In this document: positions 1 through 9,006 of the stretch, piece by piece
Position numbering within the stretch: position 1 is the stretch's first letter
Layout of the letters: every line of letters starts with the position of its first letter
DNA from: a virus
IMG/VR virus record: IMGVR_UViG_3300025849_000009
DNA: 64,000 bases
Direction: 5' to 3' (one strand)
Notes under the pieces: model-generated
The model's database searches: none
What the model saw: the letters and a program-made list of their open reading frames with translations, nothing else
Told to the model about the DNA's origin: nothing
Made by a program: the position numbers and the translations under genes

Positions 1-772
1 CACCGAATTGCTTAAGATCTTGTACTTGCTCTCTAGTAACTGCAGCAGCAACTTGGAAAGTTTCAGCAGCAACACTTTTAGAGAATAAAGAAAGACCCAT
101 TACTTTATCAGCAGTTCTTTCACCAGCTTCTCTTGACATTGGCTTACCATTAGCGTCAGCACCAGAGAATCCTGGGATATGATCTTCTAATGCAGCAACC
201 AATTCAGCTTTATCGTATCTACCTGCAACGTTCTTTTCAGTTTCAGTGATAGCGTCAACGATTTTGATGATTGATTTTCCGTCAATTCTAGAAGTTCCAA
301 CTTTTACGTCAGCACCTACAGCAATAGAATCTTCATCACCAAACTTGATGTAAGTTGGAGCAGTTGCACCTAATGCAACAGTACCACCTTCGTAAGTAAA
401 GTCTAAGTAAGACAATAAGCCCATAGGACCTGCCATAGGTACAACTGGTACCAAGTCAAGACCGATAGTTTGAGCAGCAACTTGCATTGCCAAAGGCAAT
501 AATGTTGGTGCTTTGTCACCTGAACCAGTATTTGCACCTGCTGCACCGTTAGCCGGAGCACCTGCAGGGAAAGATACTGCACCCATACCTGTTAAGTTCA
601 TTGGGCCAGGGTTGTTAGATAAAGACATGATGTTCGCGTCTTCATAAAGTTTGTGGTTGTGACAGTAAGTCGACATCCACGCTAATTTGCTAGATTCGTT
701 GATACCTGTAGCTTCCGAGATAATCGGTGCCCATGTATTCTTGATCTCAGCTTCGTTTAATAAATTTGCCAT
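1..772 (-). CDS. gp23: Major capsid protein (T4 gp23-like), 5' part; runs off the window
   Basis: Not in the ORF track. Translated by hand from ATG at 772: MANLLNEAEIKNTWAPII...LLPLAMQVAAQTIGLDLVPVVPMAGPMGLLSYLDF, resembling the gp23 VQPMxGPxG region. Directly follows the protease/scaffold gene. Confidence 0.88.
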   Translation of the reverse strand, partial: MANLLNEAEIKNTWAPIISEATGINESSKLAWMSTYCHNHKLYEDANIMSLSNNPGPMNLTGMGAVSFPAGAPANGAAGANTGSGDKAPTLLPLAMQVAAQTIGLDLVPVVPMAGPMGLLSYLDFTYEGGTVALGATAPTYIKFGDEDSIAVGADVKVGTSRIDGKSIIKIVDAITETEKNVAGRYDKAELVAALEDHIPGFSGADANGKPMSREAGERTADKVMGLSLFSKSVAAETFQVAAAVTREQVQDLKQFG

Positions 773-866
773 TTTTAATGATCGTTTTTTTTGTTTATTG
801 TTGTTTAGTTAAAAACTCGACATTCAATGGGTTTTCTGCTTCTGTCACCCTTATCGTCGATTGATT

Positions 867-874
867 TATATATC
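867..874 (-). promoter_or_regulatory. Putative late promoter GATATATA upstream of the capsid gene
   Basis: Same octamer recurs upstream of many structural genes. Confidence 0.7.
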
Positions 875-884
875 TGTTAATTTT

Positions 885-2984
885 TTACTTATTGAACCTT
901 TGTTTGAAAGCATCTGCCATACCTGATACATCATATCCTAATGTTGGTTTAGCTTCTTTCTTAGCTTCAGTTACCATTGCAACTTTTTCTAATTCCACTT
1001 TAGTGTCTCTTAAGTCTCTAGTTTGCCAGAAATTAGCAACTTGATATTCAGTATTTAATGTGTGGTATTTAGATTGTGCGATGATATTATTTTGTTTAGC
1101 TTCAGATAGGTTAGCCCATGCTTCTGAATATTCAGATGGCATAAGAGCAATGAATGTAGGTTGTGTTCCTGCGCTTTCAACAATAAGTTGTGCTTCATTC
1201 ATTACTGACATAATTTCTGATTCTGTCATAAATCCTCTTTTAGAAACGATTCCTCTAACATCTGTTTTAGCAGATTCTGATAATTCGTTATATTTGTTTC
1301 TAGTTGCAGAAGATACTACTTTAAAGAATGAAGGATTTTCATTTTCTTTTTTAGTTGCATTTTCTACTAGTGCGTCTAATTTAGAAGAGATATCTGCTTT
1401 ATAAGCTTCTAATGGATCATGTGCTCCATCTTCACCCTCAGCTTCTTCTTCACCTTCACCAGCCTCAGCTTCTTCAGTCTCGTCTTCGATTTCAGAATCA
1501 GATGTTACAGCATCGTCAGCGTCTTCGTCACCTTCTTTAGCAACTTCTTCACCACCAACGTCGCCTTCTTCTGAATTATCTCCAGCTTCAACTTCTTCGT
1601 CTTCGATTTCTTCAACTTCTTTTCCAGCTTCATCGCTATCTGCAGCAACTGCACCTTCTTCTGAATTATCACCGATGTTTTCTATTTCATCTGTATCTTC
1701 AGCTTCATCTTTATCTTTTGCAGGATCTTCCTCTTCAGTAACTTCTTCGTTATCTTCAGTAACTTCTTCGTTATCTTCACCCGCTTCTTTTGCAACTTCT
1801 TCGCCTTCAACACTATCTGCTGCTTCTACATCTTCTTCTTTATCTTCTTCAGCTTCAACATTAACTTCAACTTCTTCAACTGTTTCGTTTAAAGATTCAG
1901 CAATGTATTCTGCGTATTCGGAAACAGATTGTAAGTTTTCCTTTAAGTATTCAACGTATTCTAATAAAGTATTGTTTGATTCAGCACCTTCGTTATGTGC
2001 TTCTGCTAAATAATTAGCGAAATCTTTAACTTTAGATACTGATTCTGCTAAATGCTCAGTATAAGAAATACCTTGATCTAGTTTTTCAGCAATACTTTCT
2101 GAATAAGAAATAGATTGATCTGTTTTTTCAGCTACGTGTTCAGTATACTGGATAGAGTCATCTAATTGTTCAGCAATATACCCAACATACTCTGTTAAAT
2201 CATTAACTGATTCTACAATGTGGTTATTGTGTTGTGTTAGATTTTCTACTGTGTTGTCACCTGAAGCTGCTTCGTCTTTAGCTTCAATAGACTCTTTTAG
2301 TGTCTTGATCTCATTCGCTAAATACTCAGAGTACTTATTGAAATCCTCAGATTTTACAAATTCTGCCATGTTTTTATTTTCTTTTATTTGTGTGTTTGTA
2401 GTTTTATTTTCAATATTTTCAGTTAAATTAGCTTCACCAACTTCGTATATATAAAGTCCTGTGTCGTTTGAAAAACCATAAGATTCGTTAACTCTCTTTA
2501 ACTCTGCGTTTTCAAAACCAGGGTCAGCTACTAAATCGTATGTAAACAATTGCTTAATTTTTACTTGTCCATTAGATTCAACTGCACCTGCAGCTCTTGA
2601 TGAAATCTGTAAAGGTACACCAGCGTCTACTAAAGCTTTAGCCTGACGACCAGCATCTGTATCTAATAATTTAATACGTCCTCTGACTTCTTTAGAATCT
2701 TTGTCATAAGTTAATTCTTCAATAATGTGAGATACGTTCTTTAAAGAAATATCAAATTGTGCAGGATGATCTAATTCACCCAGTAATTTACTAGCTCCGA
2801 TTTTTTGTTGTAATGCTTCTATCTGAGGAACATATTCGGATTCTGTGTAAATACGGTTATTTTTGTTTTTTTGATCAATTTGACCAAAAACACCCTCCAG
2901 AATGTAGTCTTTATTATCTGATTGAGCAACACTCAATGCAGATGACGACATCTCGACGATCAATAAATCGTTATTATTATTCAT
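885..2984 (-). CDS. gp21: Prohead core protease (gp21-like) fused to an acidic coiled-coil scaffold (gp22-like)
   Basis: LEGVF..KNKNNRIY, LGELDHP, ISSRAAG and YDLVADP protease motifs; then repeated EYxEYxAE helices and a very acidic region; sits between portal and capsid genes. Confidence 0.88.
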   Translation of the reverse strand: MNNNNDLLIVEMSSSALSVAQSDNKDYILEGVFGQIDQKNKNNRIYTESEYVPQIEALQQKIGASKLLGELDHPAQFDISLKNVSHIIEELTYDKDSKEVRGRIKLLDTDAGRQAKALVDAGVPLQISSRAAGAVESNGQVKIKQLFTYDLVADPGFENAELKRVNESYGFSNDTGLYIYEVGEANLTENIENKTTNTQIKENKNMAEFVKSEDFNKYSEYLANEIKTLKESIEAKDEAASGDNTVENLTQHNNHIVESVNDLTEYVGYIAEQLDDSIQYTEHVAEKTDQSISYSESIAEKLDQGISYTEHLAESVSKVKDFANYLAEAHNEGAESNNTLLEYVEYLKENLQSVSEYAEYIAESLNETVEEVEVNVEAEEDKEEDVEAADSVEGEEVAKEAGEDNEEVTEDNEEVTEEEDPAKDKDEAEDTDEIENIGDNSEEGAVAADSDEAGKEVEEIEDEEVEAGDNSEEGDVGGEEVAKEGDEDADDAVTSDSEIEDETEEAEAGEGEEEAEGEDGAHDPLEAYKADISSKLDALVENATKKENENPSFFKVVSSATRNKYNELSESAKTDVRGIVSKRGFMTESEIMSVMNEAQLIVESAGTQPTFIALMPSEYSEAWANLSEAKQNNIIAQSKYHTLNTEYQVANFWQTRDLRDTKVELEKVAMVTEAKKEAKPTLGYDVSGMADAFKQRFNK

Positions 2985-3008
2985 AATATTTTATTTTTGT
3001 ATTTTTAA

Positions 3009-3016
3009 TATATATC
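3009..3016 (-). promoter_or_regulatory. Putative late promoter GATATATA
   Basis: Upstream of the protease gene. Confidence 0.7.
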
Positions 3017-3040
3017 ATACTTTATTATTGAAATATCTTA

Positions 3041-3379
3041 TTACATTCCAGCAAGCGGGTCATCGCTCTCTCCTTCACCGCCTTCTTCTTCCTTTTCAGC
3101 TTCCTTTTCAGCTTCGGCTTCTTCTGCGGATTTGTCTAAATAATAACCTACCAGAATGTCCATTTCGCCCTCTGCAAAAGCAGCTTCGCCGTATGTTTCA
3201 TAAAAATACTGCTTAAATTCTTCATCAGTTAATGCAGCTGTAATAGCTCCTAATATTTCAGCAGATTTAATATCAGGACCAGAATCTAACTTTAAATCGT
3301 CGATTATGACTTTAGAATCTTCTCCAGCTCTAATCGCGTCTTCAGATATGAAGTCACTAAATGTTTTGATAATTTTCAT
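3041..3379 (-). CDS. Small acidic head/prohead core protein with a capsid-targeting-like N-terminus
   Basis: MKIIKTFSDFISE start; located between portal and protease, where T4 has gp67/gp68. Confidence 0.55.
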   Translation of the reverse strand: MKIIKTFSDFISEDAIRAGEDSKVIIDDLKLDSGPDIKSAEILGAITAALTDEEFKQYFYETYGEAAFAEGEMDILVGYYLDKSAEEAEAEKEAEKEEEGGEGESDDPLAGM

Positions 3380-3383
3380 ATTT

Positions 3384-3391
3384 TATATATC
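3384..3391 (-). promoter_or_regulatory. Putative late promoter GATATATA
   Basis: 4 nt upstream of the ATG at 3379. Confidence 0.65.
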
Positions 3392-3406
3392 TTTTTTAAT
3401 CATTGT

Positions 3407-4999
3407 TTACATTGCGAATGGATCTTCAGCCTCTGGCTCTTCAGCAGTCTTCTTTTTCAATTTAGATTTAAAGGCTTCATTTGCTCTAATTTCGTCATCA
3501 CTTAATTTAAGATATTTCTTAACTAGGTATTCTTGATCGAAATAATATTCTTCTTCCATAGTCTCTTGGTTAGTTGTCATTAATGAATCTCTCATAGTAC
3601 CAATAAAGTCTAATCGTTTTTCCATTAATTCCATGTCTTTTAATTCTGAGAACACATTCTCTTCATTAAACCTTAAAGCTACCTGTGATTTAAACTGAGG
3701 ATCATTTGTAAACTCAGGATATTTTAAACACATTTGAATAAATAAAGGCTTAGATAAAATTTCCATGAATATAGATCTCAATCGTTTGATAAACTTACCA
3801 AACTTAATTTCATCTCTAATCATACCATCGGCCGCTAAGTTGAAATCACCACCACCATCTTCATATAAGAATCTTGAGTATGGAATTTTTGAAACGTGTT
3901 TTAATTTATCCGAGAAGTATTTAAGAGCTTCTGTATCTGAAAGATCTGGTCCTTCACTGTTTAATGTTTCTATTTCTGGTGAATCACCATCTTTAGAAGG
4001 TAGCCAATATTCTTTACTAAATTGCAACATGGGTTTACCGTCTGTTGCTAAAGTACCTGATTCCCAATCGAAATCTACAGATTCTTTATAAGAATTCATT
4101 AGCTGCGCCAATGATTGTTTAGCCCTAGTTTTAGATTTACCACCTACAGGAATTACAAATTTCATTCTAAATGAAGCGTTGGTCACTGCCCAGATTACTC
4201 TGGTGTGTTCCATAATTCTTAACAAGTTAAATGCTCTCGTTAATCTCTCAATATATGAAACCCTAGATGCCGTAGTTATAGAGGAATAAGAAATGTATAT
4301 AACTTGCGAATCATATAATTTTCTTTCTTTTACTGGATCATCTTTATATTGTACCCAAACTTTTTTACCATCATCGTGGTTGTAACCTGGAATAAGAGTA
4401 ATAGGATCTAATTCTTTAAAACCTATAATTTCTTTTTGGTCAGGGGAATAAATTATTTCAAAAGAAAGATATCCATCAATAAGAAATTTTCTAAAGAAGT
4501 ACCATGCCGATTGATCAGAGTTAAAACCAAAATAATGATAAATTTGTCTGAAATATTTGTTAAGATCTTTATCAACTTCGTCTGATATATCAATACCTAA
4601 TATTTCAGGATAACAGAAAAAGTTTTTTTCATCATATACTATTGTTTCATCACAAAGAATATCTAAGATATCTTCTACTTCATCGTTTAGTGAAAATTTT
4701 CTAAGTTCTTCTCTTTTACCTTCATATGATTGATCAAAGAACGGAATATTAGATCTTAGGTTAGTGTCTGTCATAGACATTGCTGCAAATGCGCCATAGA
4801 TGTCGTCGTTATCAACACCAAATGGATTCATTTGACCATAACCAATTTCTGCTTCCATTGGTCCAATTGCTTGTGATTGTCTTAGGACTAAATCATCATA
4901 TCGCATACCGAACGAGGATAAAGACTTTAATGCATTTGATATGCTAAAAGGCTTTGATCCATTACTCAATGGTCCGTTTCTATCGTTAAATCCTGCCAT
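3407..4999 (-). CDS. gp20: Portal protein (T4 gp20-like)
   Basis: FLIDG, RAFNLLRIMEH, EYWLP..G..EIETL, RDEIKFGKFIKRLR motifs; 530 aa. Confidence 0.93.
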   Translation of the reverse strand: MAGFNDRNGPLSNGSKPFSISNALKSLSSFGMRYDDLVLRQSQAIGPMEAEIGYGQMNPFGVDNDDIYGAFAAMSMTDTNLRSNIPFFDQSYEGKREELRKFSLNDEVEDILDILCDETIVYDEKNFFCYPEILGIDISDEVDKDLNKYFRQIYHYFGFNSDQSAWYFFRKFLIDGYLSFEIIYSPDQKEIIGFKELDPITLIPGYNHDDGKKVWVQYKDDPVKERKLYDSQVIYISYSSITTASRVSYIERLTRAFNLLRIMEHTRVIWAVTNASFRMKFVIPVGGKSKTRAKQSLAQLMNSYKESVDFDWESGTLATDGKPMLQFSKEYWLPSKDGDSPEIETLNSEGPDLSDTEALKYFSDKLKHVSKIPYSRFLYEDGGGDFNLAADGMIRDEIKFGKFIKRLRSIFMEILSKPLFIQMCLKYPEFTNDPQFKSQVALRFNEENVFSELKDMELMEKRLDFIGTMRDSLMTTNQETMEEEYYFDQEYLVKKYLKLSDDEIRANEAFKSKLKKKTAEEPEAEDPFAM

Positions 5000-5022
5000 A
5001 TTACTATATTATTATGTTCTGT

Positions 5023-5649
5023 TTATATATCTTTTCTTTTTCCGCGTGTTTTAAGGTGTTCCCTGAACGCACGCTTTACTTCGTTAATTCCAATACCGTC
5101 TAAGTCATCTAAATCACATAACGCTATTTTTGCCCAACTTTCATAAGAAACTACCTTTTGATTCTTTTTTAGTTGTGGAATATATTGTCTAATTGCAAAA
5201 TCAAAACCAAATTGTTTTAAAAATTTTACAGCATCTTTATAAATTAGATTTATTTGACCTTGTGTCATTGCATTGTCTTTCGATGCTCTTCCTGATTTTG
5301 ATTTAATCTGCCCTTCCATTCTGTCATAGATCATATCTAATAGATCTTCTTTCATCTGCACTGGTAATAAGTTTAAATTAATACCAACGTCCGTTCCACT
5401 TTCATGTGGATCCAGTGCTAATACTACTGGATTTCTATCCCACCATGGTAGAGTTTTAATATTTTTAGGTTTATCATATCTAAATACATGAATCATACCC
5501 GTTTTAAATGGTTTACTATATTTGGCAACAGAATTATCTCTAATTGATTTGGATGCTTTTTCAAACCATTCTTCGGCACTTCTTCGTGCTTTAGTTTTAC
5601 TACCAGCTTCTTTGCTTAAATCCTTAATGTCCTTTTTTATTTTACCCAT
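5023..5649 (-). CDS. gp2: DNA end protector protein (T4 gp2-like)
   Basis: FRYDKPK..TLPWWDRNPVV..GINLNLLP. Confidence 0.8.
   Translation of the reverse strand: MGKIKKDIKDLSKEAGSKTKARRSAEEWFEKASKSIRDNSVAKYSKPFKTGMIHVFRYDKPKNIKTLPWWDRNPVVLALDPHESGTDVGINLNLLPVQMKEDLLDMIYDRMEGQIKSKSGRASKDNAMTQGQINLIYKDAVKFLKQFGFDFAIRQYIPQLKKNQKVVSYESWAKIALCDLDDLDGIGINEVKRAFREHLKTRGKRKDI
5024..5031 (-). promoter_or_regulatory. Putative late promoter GATATATA (overlaps gp2 stop)
   Basis: Upstream of the portal gene. Confidence 0.65.
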
Positions 5650-6134
5650 TATTTCAGAGATTTTTCAGTCAACACAATAAACCTCCAACCTCTGTTGTCA
5701 GCCCACGCTTGTGCATATTTATATTTATCTCTATTTTTTATATACTGCTCTGCCAAAAACTTATATGACTTCAATGCCTTTTGGCTGTTCTTTTTAGGAG
5801 GTGATGGCTTTGTAATCTGTGCTTCTGGTTTTATCTCAACCAAAAATTCTTTATACGTTTCCACGCCCTCATCAATACTTCTAGTTTTCATGTAGAAATC
5901 TGGATAATACTTGTGTTCTCTTTTATCAAAAGACCAAATATACTTAATCTCTATTGGCTCACTTGACCATTTAATAACGTCTTCTCGCGTATCACACATA
6001 ATCATAAACTTTCTTTCCCATGATGATCTATAAATAATAGGGATTGGGCCAATATACTTTTCTGGATTTTTTGGATTAAAATATCCCTGTATAAAGCCCG
6101 AATTATTAGTAGGTTTAAGATTTTTTATTGACAT
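5649..6134 (-). CDS. gp4: Head completion nuclease (T4 gp4-like, TnsA-type PD-(D/E)xK)
   Basis: YRSSWERKFM, WSSEP, YYPDF, EIKP. Confidence 0.9.
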   Translation of the reverse strand: MSIKNLKPTNNSGFIQGYFNPKNPEKYIGPIPIIYRSSWERKFMIMCDTREDVIKWSSEPIEIKYIWSFDKREHKYYPDFYMKTRSIDEGVETYKEFLVEIKPEAQITKPSPPKKNSQKALKSYKFLAEQYIKNRDKYKYAQAWADNRGWRFIVLTEKSLK

Positions 6135-6135
6135 T
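6120..6135. repeat. 16-bp direct repeat, copy 1 (attttttattgacatt)
   Basis: Identical to 7311-7326. Confidence 0.8.
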
Positions 6136-6400
6136 ATATATTGTCTTGTTCGTTAATTTTTTCGATGAGCATTTTGTCCTTATCGGAGTCTTTAAACCAA
6201 TGGTCAACTACTTTACCAAAGGCTCCGATTAGTGCTCCTAATAATAAGAGTAATATTTCTTTCCATTCACCAGAGATTTCAGTATCTGTATGCATTGCAT
6301 GTCCTATTCCTATAATAACACCGAAGAATGAGAATACTATAATGAATGACATGACAACCCTGCCCAGTAACATTCTTTTAACTATATCTGTGAAATTCAT
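6134..6400 (-). CDS. Small two-TM membrane protein (holin-like size)
   Basis: Two hydrophobic segments and a charged C-terminus. Confidence 0.55.
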   Translation of the reverse strand: MNFTDIVKRMLLGRVVMSFIIVFSFFGVIIGIGHAMHTDTEISGEWKEILLLLLGALIGAFGKVVDHWFKDSDKDKMLIEKINEQDNI

Positions 6401-6403
6401 AAT

Positions 6404-7309
6404 TTATTTCTTTTTCTTCTTCTTCTTTTTCTTACTACCACCGATACCACCAATTATGTTACCAGCTTTTTTGCCAGCATTACCGACAGCATTACCAGCA
6501 TCTTGTATAGGTTGAACAACTGGTTGAGCTGCTCTAGCTGCTTCATCTTTTTTTCTTTGTAATTCTGCTGCGGCTGCATCTGCTTGTCTTTTAGATTCTG
6601 CTGCGGCTTCGTCTAATCTAAGTTTTTCTGCTGTTTCTTCTGCTAGTTTTTGAGCCGCTTCTTGTGCTGGATTAGTATTAACACTTACTGAAGTATCTAC
6701 ATCAACTCCGACTAAAAGTGCTACTTTTCCGTCAACGCCAACTGTTGCAACTCCATCATCCATCGTAGCTCCACCGCCAACTGTGGCTCCTGCTTGAACC
6801 CCAGCTGATACTCCAGCTCCAATTTCAGCACTATTACCATCGTCATCAGATACTGTATTAGATGCTCCAACTCCAACTGATGCTCCAGCTACTGCTCCTG
6901 CATGTCCTTCTGCTCCATCCATACCAACTTGTCCACCTGCCGATACCCCAGCATTTGCTTGAGCTCCTGCATGAACTTCGGTTTCATTTGAAATATCTCC
7001 ATTTTCTACTGTATTAGATGCACCAACTTCTACTGATGTTCCAACTTCTGCTCCAGCTTCTACTTTGGCATTTCTACCATCGAATCCAGCTTCAGCGCCA
7101 GCTTCTACATGTGCTTCTGCATCTGCATGTGCTTCCTGTTTAAGTTCAAAGTCACCAATTGTATCTTTATTTTCTACACCCGCATGAGCTTCAGCTCCCG
7201 CTTGTGCTCCAGCCGATACTGAAGTATCTGTTGTTTCTGTTCCGGCACTTGCTCCTGCAGATGCTCCTAGGTTTTCATCACCTACTGACTTGTTTATTGT
7301 GTCTGCCAT
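6404..7309 (-). CDS. Gly/Ala/Val-rich beta-repeat protein with coiled coil and poly-Lys tail
   Basis: Alternating AGAxAG pattern, helical EAA-rich segment, K9 C-terminus. Confidence 0.6.
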   Translation of the reverse strand: MADTINKSVGDENLGASAGASAGTETTDTSVSAGAQAGAEAHAGVENKDTIGDFELKQEAHADAEAHVEAGAEAGFDGRNAKVEAGAEVGTSVEVGASNTVENGDISNETEVHAGAQANAGVSAGGQVGMDGAEGHAGAVAGASVGVGASNTVSDDDGNSAEIGAGVSAGVQAGATVGGGATMDDGVATVGVDGKVALLVGVDVDTSVSVNTNPAQEAAQKLAEETAEKLRLDEAAAESKRQADAAAAELQRKKDEAARAAQPVVQPIQDAGNAVGNAGKKAGNIIGGIGGSKKKKKKKKK

Positions 7310-7310
7310 A

Positions 7311-7326
7311 ATTTTTTATTGACATT
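7311..7326. repeat. 16-bp direct repeat, copy 2
   Basis: Identical to 6120-6135. Confidence 0.8.
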
Positions 7327-7703
7327 TATATGTTAAACATTCCGCCGTTTTCACTATCACCTCCTGTAGAGATTCGATCAATTGATAACGTGCCTTTATA
7401 TTTCTGTGGATGAATTTTATTCCATCCCTTTGCATATCCTCTTTTTGCTATTTCTGTAAAATATGCAAATGCATTTGGATATTTTGGATTAAAATTTCTC
7501 CAATATTTTAAAAGATCTAATAAAGCAAACTGTAAGCAATCGTTACGATCATCTGAATTAACATAGTTTAATTTGTTAATTGTTCTTTCTGCTAATAACA
7601 CTAACATTTTTTCTGCAGTTGGTGTTAATTTGTCTAATTCTTTTGACTTTACAAGTTCGTTATAAAGATCTTTGTTATTTAAATAATTTTTCTTTCTTGC
7701 CAT
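7326..7703 (-). CDS. gp55: Late-transcription sigma factor (T4 gp55-like)
   Basis: YLNNKDLY and NFNPKYPNAFAYFTEI motifs. Confidence 0.88.
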   Translation of the reverse strand: MARKKNYLNNKDLYNELVKSKELDKLTPTAEKMLVLLAERTINKLNYVNSDDRNDCLQFALLDLLKYWRNFNPKYPNAFAYFTEIAKRGYAKGWNKIHPQKYKGTLSIDRISTGGDSENGGMFNI

Positions 7704-7723
7704 TGTTGTTAGATGTATTTAAC

Positions 7724-7751
7724 CTTATACGAAAAAAAGCCCAATTGTTTC
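7724..7751 (-). promoter_or_regulatory. Putative early/middle promoter GAAAC-N17-TATAAG
   Basis: Recurrent bipartite motif; upstream of gp55. Confidence 0.65.
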
Positions 7752-7763
7752 CAAATGGGCTTT
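7732..7763 (-). terminator. Intrinsic terminator
   Basis: AAAGCCCA...TGGGCTTT stem followed by a T-run on the minus strand. Confidence 0.75.
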
Positions 7764-7784
7764 AAAATAAAATAGTGTAATATT

Positions 7785-8972
7785 TTAAATAGAATCTTCA
7801 GCAGATAACTGAAGCTTGTTTTTCTCTATTCTTAATGGATTGTCGTTTACAAATACTGTTAATATGTCTGTTTTTCCTTGTCCAGCCCATTCTAATGCAT
7901 CTACTTTTACAACAGTACCTTTGGGTATTTCGTCTGATTCATATTTAGTAGAGGCATCAATATAACCATCATCTTTAGTAAGAATATCTTCATTTCCTAG
8001 CGAGTCTAGTTCTTCAGAAATTCTTTTGATTTCAGAGTTTAATAATTGATCTGCTGCTTTGATATCTGGTAAATTTCTATTAGCTTCAGCTAATCTACCT
8101 TTTTGATCTTTTAAAAATGCAATCATTTCATGCATTAATAACATCTTCTCGTTTTTAGCTGCTCTTCTAGATTTATAAGATTCTAAAATATCTTCAACCA
8201 TTGGTGTGATATCTGCACCTGTTTGTTCAGCAACATATTCGATGGCTGCGTCTGCAAGTAATTTAGTAAATTTATCTATTTTGGTAGATTCGTTATATTT
8301 GTATATGAACATATTATTTTCTGCTCTCATTGCCAATACATTAACGTCTCCGTCTTTTGATTCAGAAATAAATTCTAAAAGTCCATAATGTTTATAGTTT
8401 TTAGAAGCAAATTCGAATAAATCAATCAATGCTTTATCTTCATATCTAATATATGCAGATGCAAACATGGATTCTGATAAAGGAAGTGAAGTAGAAACCG
8501 CTAATTCTATATTACCGGTGTAAAATTTGTTTTCTTCTACTCTGTATGATACTTCAATAGTAATTGAATTCTTAAGTAAATCGGTTCTAGATGATTCTAA
8601 AATTGCTAATTCATTTTTAAGTTCATCTACTATAACCGAAGTATTACTGACTTTACTTGAATTTTTAAGACTACTATTTAAAAAGTCAATTTTTTCATTC
8701 AATGCTACAAGTGAGTTAAAATTCTCTACTGAAGATTCTTCAATTTTAGAAACAGACTTCTTATTATTATAATCATAGTAAAAAGAAATGCCTTCGTTTG
8801 TTATTGAAAAAAGTTCATTTGCTTTAACCAATGATTTAAAATCCTCAGAAACATTACTAAATTTTTCTATATGACTTCCTGTCATTTTGAAATTTTGACC
8901 AGCTGCATGAAACACAAAACCTTGTTTTGCTTCAACAAATGGGGAAATAATTCCGTTGTTTAAATTTGTCAT
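7785..8972 (-). CDS. Hypothetical late (probably virion) protein with coiled coils
   Basis: 395-aa ORF preceded by GATATATA (8993-9000). Confidence 0.55.
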   Translation of the reverse strand: MTNLNNGIISPFVEAKQGFVFHAAGQNFKMTGSHIEKFSNVSEDFKSLVKANELFSITNEGISFYYDYNNKKSVSKIEESSVENFNSLVALNEKIDFLNSSLKNSSKVSNTSVIVDELKNELAILESSRTDLLKNSITIEVSYRVEENKFYTGNIELAVSTSLPLSESMFASAYIRYEDKALIDLFEFASKNYKHYGLLEFISESKDGDVNVLAMRAENNMFIYKYNESTKIDKFTKLLADAAIEYVAEQTGADITPMVEDILESYKSRRAAKNEKMLLMHEMIAFLKDQKGRLAEANRNLPDIKAADQLLNSEIKRISEELDSLGNEDILTKDDGYIDASTKYESDEIPKGTVVKVDALEWAGQGKTDILTVFVNDNPLRIEKNKLQLSAEDSI

Positions 8973-8992
8973 TTGTATTATTTAATTTTTAA

Positions 8993-9000
8993 TATATATC
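8993..9000 (-). promoter_or_regulatory. Putative late promoter GATATATA
   Basis: Intergenic motif copy. Confidence 0.65.
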
Positions 9001-9006
9001 TTTAAT

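Noticed and set aside
5649-6134. Tn7 TnsA transposase
   Set aside because: Same fold, but context next to gp2 and portal identifies it as gp4; no transposon genes
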